The notes beneath the pieces were generated by a model that saw only the letters and a program-made list of their open reading frames with translations, ran no database searches and had not been told where the DNA came from. 64,000 nucleotides of DNA from Sulfuritalea sp. GTDB lineage: Bacteria; Pseudomonadota; Gammaproteobacteria; Burkholderiales; Rhodocyclaceae. The stretch lies in NCBI GenBank assembly GCA_030247575.1, contig JAOTRV010000019.1, positions 13,336 through 77,335 on the forward strand, in the 5' to 3' direction. This document shows positions 47,739 through 58,952 of this stretch, piece after piece. The first letter of the stretch is position 1, and each line of letters begins with the position of its first letter. Position numbers and translations under genes: made by a program.

Positions 47739-48011
47739 CTACCAGGTCAGCCCCGGCCATCGCTCCCGGCCTGGTCGCTGGTCGGGATCGTCGGCCGGTG
47801 GCGCGTATGCCTCGCATCGCTTTGGCATGTCGCAGATCGGCTGATAGTTCCGGCTGGCGACGATCTCACGGCGGGCGGCTGCATCGCAGCGGCCGGCCTC
47901 CGTCAGGTTGCCGCACAGCTCGCACGTGCGAAGGTCGCCCAGCGCCCGGAATATCGTTTCTCTGGCGCAGTTTGGTTTCTCCCCACCCACACCCCGCGCG
48001 CTCGGTTCCAT
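47739..48011 (-). CDS. Hypothetical Cys-rich small protein between the repeat arms
   Basis: 90 aa from the internal Met (MEPSARGV...RTCELCGNLTEAGRCD...ICDMPKRCEAY). The longer 159-aa version has an N-terminus made entirely of repeat-arm sequence. Confidence 0.35.
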   Translation of the reverse strand: MEPSARGVGGEKPNCARETIFRALGDLRTCELCGNLTEAGRCDAAARREIVASRNYQPICDMPKRCEAYAPPADDPDQRPGRERWPGLTW

Positions 48012-48026
48012 GTCCGTCCGGTGTTT

Positions 48027-48145
48027 TTGAACCGGGGATACCGGGGATTCCGGGGATTGATCGCGGAAACCATTGGTATGACTGGTTTCAGCAATCCCCG
48101 GTAAAGGTGAAAGTGCACCCCGGATATCGGAAATATCCCCGGTTT
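48027..48145 (-). repeat. 120-bp inverted-repeat arm R, carrying the same octamer iterons
   Basis: See arm L. It starts about 85 bp downstream of the primase-helicase stop. Confidence 0.85.
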
Positions 48146-48228
48146 TTGGGGAAGAAATCCCCGATTCTGACGGCATGGCCACGTCGGTGGACGGTATCAA
48201 GGCATCCCAATCGAGCATGATCGCGCCC

Positions 48229-51135
48229 CTATTCCAGGTCGAAGATCGCCGGCAGGATGTGGAACATCCGTTGGTAGGCTTCGCCCGGTGGCTTGATCTT
48301 CACGGCGAAGTGTTCCTTCTCCGTTTTCAGGTAGCCACGGCCGGCCAGCAGCTTCGCCACAGTGCGAGGATTGAAGCCCTTGCAGACTTCATTCTTGAAC
48401 ACCTGCGACAGCACCAGGTATTCGGTCACGATATCGTCACTCAGGTAGCCGCCCTCGTCCGGTGCCGCATCAACCAGGCGCCCGCTATCCTTGTCCATCA
48501 GCCGCCGCCATCCGGCCCGGTTCATCACGCGGTTCGCGTGCGTGTCCTTCGCCACCGATCGCCGCCAATCGGAGAACCGCGCTTCGCCGTGCATCTCCAG
48601 GAAGCCGCGTACCTGCATCAGCATCGCCCGTTCTTCCTGGTTGCCTTCGCCGCCCCGGTGATGCAGCCACGCCTCGAAACACGTGCCGGCCTGCTTTATT
48701 GCCGCGCCGGCTGTCCAGCCGGTAATCCCCCAGCGTGTCGCCAGCTCGCCGGCCGCGCCGACCAGGGCGCAGCGATCGGCAACCCTCAGCACCTGGTTGC
48801 CGGCCTCGTGCGTCAGGTAGCGCTCGGCAAACAGCTTGCGGGCCTTCAGCAGGGTTTCCCGGATCTCGTCGGTGTCGCGCTTCACCAGCTCGGAAAGGAA
48901 GGCGGGAAAGGCGGTGCCGTGGTGTTTCTTGACGGCATGCGCCAGGCGTTGAGAGAGCGCCTTGGGCGATGCTTCGCCGTGCAGCGCCTCATAGATGCCG
49001 GGTGGGTTGTCGCAGACGCGGGCGGGGATCTCCGCCATGCGGCCTTCCATGCCTGCCGTGGTGGCCATGCCGACCGATGCGACGTGCGCCGCCATGCCGA
49101 CTTCGCCGGTCGAGAGGAACAGGATTCTGAACTTCGCTGTTTCACGCAAGCCGCCTTGCGCCCGCGCCCGGTTCTTTCCGTTCGCGTTGCCCAGCATGTA
49201 AATCGTATCGCCCAGCACCTTGGCATTGATCTGTGCCAGCTCGTCCATTGCCAGCAGTGCATCGCAGTGCTGTAGCGCCAGGTATTCCATGCTGTTGTCG
49301 CTGGCCCGCCATTGCTTCATGTACTCCGGCCCGCCGCAGACGCTGGCAGCCACGCGCAGCGCCGTGGTTTTGCCGTCGCCGGACTCGCCCGAATAGTGAA
49401 TGCCGCCCGATTCGCCGCCGACCAGATCGAGCAACGGCGCGGCGAAGGCCAGGCAGACAGCGAAGGTCAGGCGGCTGTTATCCAGGCACAGGGCGGCAAC
49501 CTCCTGCCGCCATTCGTCCAGGGTGCCGCGTGCCCGGTAATCGGCCGCCGCCGCGCCATCCTCGAACAGCCACACTTCGTCAGCCTTGCCGATGGCGCGA
49601 TCGGGCAACACGAACACGCGGCCATCGCCGCTTTCATGCCAGCCCGTGCGCGCCGTGGTGCGGGCGCGTTCCTTCGGCTGCTGGGTCATCAGGTATTCCA
49701 GCAGCAGCGGCCGGCCCTTGGGGGCGATCTGCAAGCCCCAGCCCCGCAGCAGCTTTTCCAGCTCGGTGCCGTCGCCGCTCAGCATCGCGTCAGGGATAAC
49801 CTCGCGGTGCGGCTGGCGATCCGGGTCAAGGAACTGCACCAGCTTGCCCCATCCCTTGTTTGCCGGGTCGCGCACCATCGCCACCACGTCAAGCGTGCGG
49901 CATACCCAGCGCGGCGCGATCAGTTCCCCCTCTTTGCTGACGCCTACATACCAGGTGCCACGGGCGTCGACGTAGAAGTGCGGGCGCGGCCCGGTGTTGC
50001 CGTCGCTTGCCGTGTCGCCAGCGCCGACTTTCGCGGCATCGGCCGCAGCGGGCGCGGCCTTCTCGAACACCGGGAAGGCCTCCGGCAGTGCCGCCAGGCG
50101 CTCGGCAACCAGGGCAGCGGTGTAGCCCTCGGCTACCGCGTTGGCGGCGTCCCAGCCATCGGGCAGCGCCTCGCGTTGCGTGCCGTCAGGCAAGCTCAGG
50201 AAGCCCGCCGCATTCAGCCGGCGAACATCGGCCGCGCCTGCCACGTGCAGACGTTTGCACACTTCAGCGGCATACGCTTCGCCGGCCGCGTCGGCATCTG
50301 GCCACAGCACGCAGCGCCGGCCCGCCAGCGCCGACCAGTCGGCTTTATCTGCCGCCTTAGCCCCGTTCGGGCTGGTGATGGCCACATGCTCGGGAAACAG
50401 CAGCGCCGCCGCGTCGGCGGCCTTCTCGCCTTCGGTAATCACGACATCAGCACCAGGGCGAGCGGCGAGGCGATCAAGCCCATAGGGCGGGCGCAGCGGA
50501 TCAACCCCCAGCCATCGCCATTCCAGCTTCCCCGCTGGCGTGCGGCGCAGGCTCAAGGGGCGGATTTCCTTGCCACCTTCTGCCTGGTCGAAACGGCACA
50601 CCAGGAACAGCAGCCGGCCGGCTTCATCGCGGTATTCCCAAGCATGCGACGGTGCGCCTAGCTTGGGATGGCGCGCCGGTCGGGCCGGCGCATCGTCGGA
50701 CACGGGTAGCACGCATTCGCCGGCCGAATGGGCCGCGCCGTTTTGCGGGCCTTGGCGGGGTTTTCGTGGGGCGGCCGGTGCCTTCGCCTTGCCGGCCTCG
50801 CCTGCGGCCTGCGGTGCCGCGCCCTTGCCAGCCGGAACCGCAATGCCGAAGTGTTGCGCCAGTCGGCGCGCCGCGTCGGACTGCTTTTCGTCAGCCAGGT
50901 ATGCCGCCAGGGAAACCAGGTCAAGGCCACTCGCGCCGATGGCGAAATCACCCCATGCGCCGGATGTGGTGTTGATGCTGAAACTCCCCGGCGAGTTGTC
51001 CGGCCGGCGAGGATTCAGCGGCAGGTATTCCGGCCCCTGGTGCTTGCCGCCCGCCAGTCCGAGAAATGACATCGTGTCGGCGAAGCTCGCCAGGGCCGCA
51101 GCAGCGACACGCGGAATCCAGGAATCGGAGTTCAT
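48229..51135 (-). CDS. Bifunctional primase / replicative helicase (Toprim + DUF927/P4-alpha-like NTPase)
   Basis: 968 aa. Toprim (VVITEGEKAADAA...LWPDADAAGEAYA) and Walker A (GESGDGKTT). Confidence 0.9.
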   Translation of the reverse strand: MNSDSWIPRVAAAALASFADTMSFLGLAGGKHQGPEYLPLNPRRPDNSPGSFSINTTSGAWGDFAIGASGLDLVSLAAYLADEKQSDAARRLAQHFGIAVPAGKGAAPQAAGEAGKAKAPAAPRKPRQGPQNGAAHSAGECVLPVSDDAPARPARHPKLGAPSHAWEYRDEAGRLLFLVCRFDQAEGGKEIRPLSLRRTPAGKLEWRWLGVDPLRPPYGLDRLAARPGADVVITEGEKAADAAALLFPEHVAITSPNGAKAADKADWSALAGRRCVLWPDADAAGEAYAAEVCKRLHVAGAADVRRLNAAGFLSLPDGTQREALPDGWDAANAVAEGYTAALVAERLAALPEAFPVFEKAAPAAADAAKVGAGDTASDGNTGPRPHFYVDARGTWYVGVSKEGELIAPRWVCRTLDVVAMVRDPANKGWGKLVQFLDPDRQPHREVIPDAMLSGDGTELEKLLRGWGLQIAPKGRPLLLEYLMTQQPKERARTTARTGWHESGDGRVFVLPDRAIGKADEVWLFEDGAAAADYRARGTLDEWRQEVAALCLDNSRLTFAVCLAFAAPLLDLVGGESGGIHYSGESGDGKTTALRVAASVCGGPEYMKQWRASDNSMEYLALQHCDALLAMDELAQINAKVLGDTIYMLGNANGKNRARAQGGLRETAKFRILFLSTGEVGMAAHVASVGMATTAGMEGRMAEIPARVCDNPPGIYEALHGEASPKALSQRLAHAVKKHHGTAFPAFLSELVKRDTDEIRETLLKARKLFAERYLTHEAGNQVLRVADRCALVGAAGELATRWGITGWTAGAAIKQAGTCFEAWLHHRGGEGNQEERAMLMQVRGFLEMHGEARFSDWRRSVAKDTHANRVMNRAGWRRLMDKDSGRLVDAAPDEGGYLSDDIVTEYLVLSQVFKNEVCKGFNPRTVAKLLAGRGYLKTEKEHFAVKIKPPGEAYQRMFHILPAIFDLE
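50008..50028 (-). repeat. Interspersed motif, copy M (revcomp GTCGGCGCTGGCGACACGGCA)
   Basis: Inside the primase-helicase on the sense strand. It encodes VGAGDTA. Confidence 0.75.
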
Positions 51136-51461
51136 CCCGCTTCGCCTCCGCCGATCAGCTCGCCGCGCTCGCGCTCCAACAACCCGTCGACGGCGTCGTC
51201 AAGTGTATCGAGGCGCGTCGCCAGCAGATCGGCGACGGTGGCCAGGTTGTCGGTAAGGGCCGTGTCGCCGCTCAGGCGTTCAGCCAGGTAGAAGGTTGCA
51301 CACGCCTGCACGCAGCCGGCGAGCATGGCCGGATGCTTTGCCGCGTAGCCCTCGCCGAATTTTCCGTCTATCAGATCCTGCAGGGTGCCGAGAGATTCAT
51401 ACACGGACTGCATGGCGGCATCTTCAAGCTGTGTAATGTTCACGCCGTCCGCGTTACTCAT
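51132..51461 (-). CDS. Hypothetical island protein
   Basis: 109 aa from MSNADGVNITQLED. ATGA-type overlap with the primase start. No domain recognised. Confidence 0.45.
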   Translation of the reverse strand: MSNADGVNITQLEDAAMQSVYESLGTLQDLIDGKFGEGYAAKHPAMLAGCVQACATFYLAERLSGDTALTDNLATVADLLATRLDTLDDAVDGLLERERGELIGGGEAG

Positions 51462-52059
51462 GGCGCGCACCTTCGGCGGGTGCGGTTGCCCAGGCCGGCC
51501 GATCTTCAATCCACAGATCGGATACGCCGGGGTCAATGCCAGTCAGCAGCGTTTCCCGCGCCCGTTCGGTCAGGCGCGCATTCGTGAGCGCGTCAATATT
51601 GGCGATGATCGCCGGCAACCGGCCGGGGTGATGCAGGGCGATTTCCAGAAACTCACCCATGCGGCAGATGAAGGAAAACCGCACGCCTGTAGCGACAGGA
51701 GGCAGCGGCAGCAAATCAGCGATATCGAGAATCAGGGACTGCGCCGGATCGGCGGCGAAGGCATCGCTGCCGTAGAGCGGCCAAGGGCGCAGCAGCTTCA
51801 AGGCAGCATCGCCGATCAGCGCACCCAGCGAATACACCCCCATGCCGATTGGGTCGACATGAATGACGGGCGTCAGCATGGGCGCTTTGCCAATGACATG
51901 AAACGCCATCGCCCGGAAGCTCGGAAGCTGGCCTATGTGGGCATGGTTGTTTTCGCCGATATGGAAATCATGGGGCGGCAGCGGCGCGGTTGCCTGGTTG
52001 AAAGTCGGCGCTGGTGGCACGGCGAACAGTCGGCGCGGTGGTGTTGTGCGGTCAGTCAT
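51454..52059 (-). CDS. Hypothetical island protein
   Basis: 201 aa ORF between the AlpA-like gene and the primase module. No domain recognised. It contains one interspersed-motif copy. Confidence 0.5.
   Translation of the reverse strand: MTDRTTPPRRLFAVPPAPTFNQATAPLPPHDFHIGENNHAHIGQLPSFRAMAFHVIGKAPMLTPVIHVDPIGMGVYSLGALIGDAALKLLRPWPLYGSDAFAADPAQSLILDIADLLPLPPVATGVRFSFICRMGEFLEIALHHPGRLPAIIANIDALTNARLTERARETLLTGIDPGVSDLWIEDRPAWATAPAEGARHE
52004..52024 (+). repeat. Interspersed motif, copy N (GTCGGCGCTGGTGGCACGGCG)
   Basis: Inside the island ORF 51454..52059, antisense to the gene. It encodes AVPPAPTF. Confidence 0.75.
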
Positions 52060-52295
52060 GATTGCCCCTCCGCACTACGCGATGCAGCAACGCGCTCACG
52101 CAGCCAGGCGTCGATTTCAGACGCCAGCCAGCCCACAGACTGCGCGCCTAGTTGTATCGGCTTGGGGAAGGTGCCGGCAGCAACCCCGGCATAGATGGTG
52201 GAACACGAAAGCCCCACACGGTCTTCTACTTGCTTGCGCCGGAGTATTTTCAACTCGGCATTTTCTGGTGATGCGGTTTCGCTACTCGCTCGCAT
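52056..52295 (-). CDS. alpA: AlpA-family phage/island transcriptional regulator (excisionase-like)
   Basis: KILRRKQVEDRVGLSCSTIYAGVAAGTFPKPIQLGAQSVGWLASEIDAWL is the classic AlpA HTH. The start was chosen at an internal Met. Confidence 0.75.
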   Translation of the reverse strand: MRASSETASPENAELKILRRKQVEDRVGLSCSTIYAGVAAGTFPKPIQLGAQSVGWLASEIDAWLRERVAASRSAEGQS

Positions 52296-52439
52296 GATTG
52301 CGTCCTTTGCAGAGCGTTCCGTTACGCACCATGCGCAACGCAACGACTGGACGCAAAACTAAAATGGGTATCCAGCTATCCGCCAGACGGCACGCGCAAG
52401 CGCGGCCTCTATGGGCTTCCGCCGAAATGGGTAGAACCG

Positions 52440-53303
52440 CTACCCGCCTTTTTTGAAGTTGGCGAGCGCAGAAAATTGATTCTTTGAAGGTGCAAGCGGG
52501 CCGGATTGCCCTTCCTGTTTTCTGGCGAGGGCCAGAAGGCGCTTGATGTTATCGGCAGAGCACCCCTCTTTAACGGCCCATCGCTTTTGAAAACCGACTG
52601 CGGTAAATTTTTCTCCGCGTGCAACATAGTCGCCCCTCTCCCTCTTTAAGGATTCCATAAGGCGCCCGGCCTTCTGTCTATCCGTCTCCTTAGGCTGAAG
52701 CGCTGCAACGCCTACAGCGGTCTTTTCGATGCTCGGCTTAATGCTCTCAAGTAGGTCAGAGATACCCTGCAATTTGGCTGTAATAGCTTCGCTAGCGCCA
52801 TCGGTGCCCGCCTGTTTTTTGGCGGTCCGCAATTCGTCGGATACGTCAATCAATGCATCATTTGTTCGCTCGAACCAAAGCCAGGTCTTTTCAAGCTGCC
52901 GCCCAACTTCCTCGGTCGCCATGCGCAGCCGATCCGCCATCAGGACATGGCCGCATTCGTCTTCCAAGCGAAGCAAATCGGCGGCGCGGGCTAGTCGGTC
53001 GGTCGCCGCCGTTAGCGGCCCTGACGGCTTAAAAAAATAGATCATCAGAGTGGCCAGGCACTGCGCATAAGCGCGATGCCAGCTACCTCGTGGCGATTCA
53101 TAGACCAGAAACCAATTGACGATATCGCTCGTGTCTGCGATCTGGTGGGCTTCCACGCCATCAGCAATGAGACCTGCCCGCAATAGACCAGCCAAATAGC
53201 GGGCGGTCGGCATCGGCTCTGTGTCTGGCTCTGTTTGGTCATCTTGGCGGATTAGGTCAAGCACGTGCTCAAGCTCGATTTCATCACCAAATATCATTTT
53301 CAT
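52440..53303 (-). CDS. Hypothetical protein, lower-GC island cargo
   Basis: 287 aa clean ORF, clearly less GC-rich than its neighbours. Predicted helical, with no recognisable domain. Confidence 0.6.
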   Translation of the reverse strand: MKMIFGDEIELEHVLDLIRQDDQTEPDTEPMPTARYLAGLLRAGLIADGVEAHQIADTSDIVNWFLVYESPRGSWHRAYAQCLATLMIYFFKPSGPLTAATDRLARAADLLRLEDECGHVLMADRLRMATEEVGRQLEKTWLWFERTNDALIDVSDELRTAKKQAGTDGASEAITAKLQGISDLLESIKPSIEKTAVGVAALQPKETDRQKAGRLMESLKRERGDYVARGEKFTAVGFQKRWAVKEGCSADNIKRLLALARKQEGQSGPLAPSKNQFSALANFKKGG

Positions 53304-53411
53304 ACCGCACCCCTTGTGCGCCCCTCAATGCAGGATCGCCGCGCCGGCCGGGTAAGGGTGCCCGGTGTTCGCCCTTGGGGATCAGCCGCAGGCTAGGCGC
53401 AGCGAAAACAC

Positions 53412-53897
53412 TCACAGCAAACCACGTTCCGCAAATGACAGCGGCACACCCCGGCCGGCGACAATGAAATGGTCAAGCACCTTGACGTCCACCAAGGCCA
53501 GGGCGGATTTAAGCGAGCTGGTCAGTACCTCGTCGGCACGGCTTGGCTCGCTCAGTCCGGACGGGTGATTATGGGCGAATATGACAGCGCCGGCATTCAA
53601 GCGCAGCGCCACTTTCACCACTTCACGCGGGAAAACGCTTGTCTGCGTCAGGGTGCCCCGGAACAGTTCTCTGTACTCGATTAGACGATTTTGAGCATTG
53701 AGGAACAGCGCCGCGAATGCCTCATGCTCCAGCTCGGCAAGGTGGAGCATGAGCAGGGCGCGAACTTCGCCGGGAGAACCCAGGCACTTGCCCGGTTCAC
53801 GCAGGCGCGAAGTCAGGACAGCCAGCGCCTTGAGGATAACGTCATCGCCCCGGCGACGGGGGCGGGAGGGTGCAGCGGTAGAATTGCTAGTAGCCAT
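53412..53897 (-). CDS. radC: RadC-like JAB domain protein
   Basis: 161 aa with the JAMM-like motif [16 protein letters not shown]. Confidence 0.85.
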   Translation of the reverse strand: MATSNSTAAPSRPRRRGDDVILKALAVLTSRLREPGKCLGSPGEVRALLMLHLAELEHEAFAALFLNAQNRLIEYRELFRGTLTQTSVFPREVVKVALRLNAGAVIFAHNHPSGLSEPSRADEVLTSSLKSALALVDVKVLDHFIVAGRGVPLSFAERGLL

Positions 53898-53996
53898 GAT
53901 TCACCTCGTGTATAGGTGGGTTGCGGTCAGGGGTCGCTTGGTGCGCTAACACCTTGCGGCCCCGCTTTTTTGCCTTGCGGCGAAATCAGTTCATCA

Positions 53997-54182
53997 TCAC
54001 CCCGTGCCAGGATCAACGGTGCCGCCGCGCTTTGCTCGATCGCGCTTCAGCCAATCGAACAGCAGGGGCAAGATTGCCTGCGCTGTGATATCCGGGTCAG
54101 GCTTGTTGATGGATTTGATAACTATCGGCGGGCGCGCTCGATTGGATTTTCTTGCTGCCCTGGTCGGGTTTGCTTTGGTCAT
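53997..54182 (-). CDS. Small hypothetical protein
   Basis: 61 aa. The start overlaps the stop of the upstream HTH gene (ATGA). No other support. Confidence 0.3.
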   Translation of the reverse strand: MTKANPTRAARKSNRARPPIVIKSINKPDPDITAQAILPLLFDWLKRDRAKRGGTVDPGTG

Positions 54183-54502
54183 TTCTTGCCCTCGAACAAG
54201 TCAGGCTCTGCCTTGATCTGCTTCGCCAAGGCAGCGGCACGGCCGCGCAGCGGGGCGGCATTCTCGCGGGCCGGCGCCGGTGATGCGGCCGGCTTGGTCG
54301 GCAGGATGAAGGTCTGATGCAGCCGTGCAATCTCGCCCATCGCCGCCAGGTAGGAATCCACCCACAGCGGGACCGGCTCGCCATTGAGCCAGCGGCTCAC
54401 GGTCGAAGTGCCAACCCCCACCTTGCGGGCCAGGTCGGACCCCTTCCAGCCGATGGCCTTGAGGGCTTCCCGTAATTCGTCTGCCGTCATAATTGTTCCC
54501 AT
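54179..54502 (-). CDS. HTH (XRE/Cro-like) regulator of the island
   Basis: 107 aa with GWKGSDLARKVGVGTSTVSRWLNGE. It is preceded by a 240-bp AT-rich region. Confidence 0.7.
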   Translation of the reverse strand: MGTIMTADELREALKAIGWKGSDLARKVGVGTSTVSRWLNGEPVPLWVDSYLAAMGEIARLHQTFILPTKPAASPAPARENAAPLRGRAAALAKQIKAEPDLFEGKK

Positions 54503-54741
54503 AACCGTTATGCGCTTCGCGTGTGCGCGAGCAATGTAGGAATGTTATCGATAATGTTCTGAAATATCAACGAATATTTAATAATACATTGCAAAGTGGG
54601 AAGTACATAGTTTACATAACGCTAGTTATTTGCAGTAGTTTTTGCGTGTGGGAAATACACGCTGCTTTCGGGCTGGTTTTGGCGGTCAAGTGGGGAAATC
54701 TCCGAAAGCCTTGATATCAGGGGCTTTGCAGGGTGCCGCAT

Positions 54742-55974
54742 TTATGCCGCGTGCCCATGCAGTGGGATTACTTGAGCGCCGGCCTTGATCTTGTCCAGGT
54801 AATCGGCCCATGCCTGCATCATTACAAAGCGCTGCGGCAGGTATTCCGCCCTGTTGTAGGCTCCCCGCACTTCGTCCCGCTCGCAGTGTGCGAGCTGGCG
54901 CTCTATCACGTCGGGGCGATAGCCCTGCTCGTTCAGCATGGTTGAGGCCACGGCGCGGAAGCCGTGCCCGGTCATCTTGCCTTTGTACCCCAGGCGGTAG
55001 AGCGCAAACAGCATGGTGTTGTTGCTGATCGGTTTATCCCGGTTCCTGCCAGGGAACACGAAGCGGTTGCGGCCGGCGAGAATCTGCAGCTCGCCAAGGA
55101 TCGCCAGGGCTTGGGTTGAAAGCGGAACAATATGCTCTGACTTCATTTTCATTCTGGCGGCAGGGATAACCCATAGCGCGGCCTCCTGGTCGAACTCCGA
55201 CCACTCCGCGCCGATCAGTTCATTCGTTCGCACAAAGGTAAGCGCGAGCAACTGCAGGGCGAGCATGGTTTGCTTGTCGCCCGTCGCGCCATAGGTATCG
55301 ATGGCCCGCAGCAGCTCAGGGACTTCCTCCGGCCTGACGGCGGCCTGGTGTTTCTTGACGTGCGGCGCCAGGGCGCCCCGCAGATCGGCGGCCACGTCCC
55401 GCTTGCAGGCGCCGGTGGCGATGCCGTAGCGGAACACCTGCCCACACGCCTGCAGCAGCCGGTGCGCCAGGTCATGGGCGCCGCGCTTTTCGATCTTGCG
55501 GGCCATTTCCAGCAGCTCCGGCGCCTCGATCTCGGCAATCGGCCGCGCCCCGATGATCGGGAAGGCGTTCCGTTCGAACCGGCGCAGAACATCGTCGGCG
55601 TGTTTCGGTGCCCAGGTATGCAGTTGCTTGGCGTACCACTCGCGGGCAACCGCCTCGAACGAGTTTCCAGCCGCCAGGCGCTCGCGCCGTTTGGCGGCCT
55701 TGCGCTCTACTGCCGGATCAATGTCCCCATCCATCAGCCGGCGGTTATCGTCCCGGCGCTGGCGGGCTTCCTTCAGCCCGATCTTGGGATAGACCCCCAG
55801 GGAGATGGATTTTTCCTTGCCGCCAACCCAGTAGCGCAGGCGCCAGTATTTCCGCCCATCCTCATAAACCCACAGGTAAAGCCCCGCACCATCGTGGAGC
55901 TTGCGTATACTCGCCCCGGCGCTGGTGGCGTTGTCGCATTCCTTCGCCGTCAGGGTATTCAGTTTCGCGGCCAT
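54742..55974 (-). CDS. int: Tyrosine integrase (P4-type, DUF4102 N-terminus)
   Basis: KLHDGAGLYLWV..GRKYWRLRY at the N-terminus. Catalytic HGFRAVAST...LAHCERDEVRGAYNRAEY. Adjacent to tRNA-Ser. Confidence 0.9.
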   Translation of the reverse strand: MAAKLNTLTAKECDNATSAGASIRKLHDGAGLYLWVYEDGRKYWRLRYWVGGKEKSISLGVYPKIGLKEARQRRDDNRRLMDGDIDPAVERKAAKRRERLAAGNSFEAVAREWYAKQLHTWAPKHADDVLRRFERNAFPIIGARPIAEIEAPELLEMARKIEKRGAHDLAHRLLQACGQVFRYGIATGACKRDVAADLRGALAPHVKKHQAAVRPEEVPELLRAIDTYGATGDKQTMLALQLLALTFVRTNELIGAEWSEFDQEAALWVIPAARMKMKSEHIVPLSTQALAILGELQILAGRNRFVFPGRNRDKPISNNTMLFALYRLGYKGKMTGHGFRAVASTMLNEQGYRPDVIERQLAHCERDEVRGAYNRAEYLPQRFVMMQAWADYLDKIKAGAQVIPLHGHAA

Positions 55975-56003
55975 CGTGGTAACTCCCGATACACGGTTTT
56001 GAG

Positions 56004-56034
56004 CTACCACCATTTTTACCACGGTATTACCACG
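56004..56034 (+). promoter_or_regulatory. Three (C/T)TACCAC(C/G) repeats (candidate integrase arm-type sites, int-proximal)
   Basis: CTACCACC at 56004, TTACCACG at 56016 and TTACCACG at 56027. They have the same orientation as the distal pair. Confidence 0.45.
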
Positions 56035-56079
56035 GATTCAATAGGGCTAGTTCGGAACGATTGGGAACGCGCTACACGT

Positions 56080-56106
56080 AAAAAAGCCCGCAGTGGCGCG
56101 GGCTTT
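56080..56106 (-). terminator. Rho-independent terminator downstream of tRNA-Ser
   Basis: GCCCGC-N6-GCGGGC hairpin (56086..56103) followed on the minus strand by a T6 run. Confidence 0.55.
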
Positions 56107-56138
56107 CGGAATAATCTGGAATGGTTCGGTAGTGTGGG

Positions 56139-56228
56139 TGGCGGAGAGGGTGGGATTCGAACCCACGGATGCCTTGCGACATCGCCTGATTTCGAGTCAG
56201 GTACATTCGACCACTCTGCCACCTCTCC
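56139..56228 (-). tRNA. tRNA-Ser (anticodon CGA)
   Basis: Folded by hand as a 90-nt cloverleaf. Acceptor GGAGAGG/CCTCTCC, anticodon arm CCTGA-CTCGAAA-TCAGG, long variable arm, T-arm GTGGG-TTCGAAT-CCCAC, and an encoded CCA. Confidence 0.9.
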
Positions 56229-56289
56229 GCGAGGCGCGGATTATACCCGCGAAGCGGCCGTCGGTCACAGCACGCACGGAGGAAAAGCG

Positions 56290-58952
<2,663 letters not shown>

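Larger units (their letters stand above)
46204..56152. mobile_element. P4/PICI-like integrative element inserted at the 3' end of tRNA-Ser(CGA)
   Basis: The integrase is adjacent to the tRNA. A 16-nt copy of the tRNA 3' end (one indel) lies at 46204..46219 against 56136..56152. TTACCACG arm-type repeats occur at both ends. The element carries AlpA, primase-helicase, RadC and an HTH regulator. The cargo has lower GC. Confidence 0.6.

Noticed and set aside
48012-48218. The N-terminal 69 codons of the 159-aa ORF 47739..48218
   Set aside because: This segment is encoded entirely by inverted-repeat arm R. The same peptide is generated by arm L on the other strand, so the similarity is a DNA-level artefact. 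A shorter 90-aa version is listed with low confidence.
54503-54741. Small ORFs 54523..54714 and 54733..54945 in the AT-rich region downstream of int
   Set aside because: They have no domains and odd composition. The region is better explained as the promoter/operator region of the HTH regulator gene. The second ORF is antisense to the integrase 3' end.
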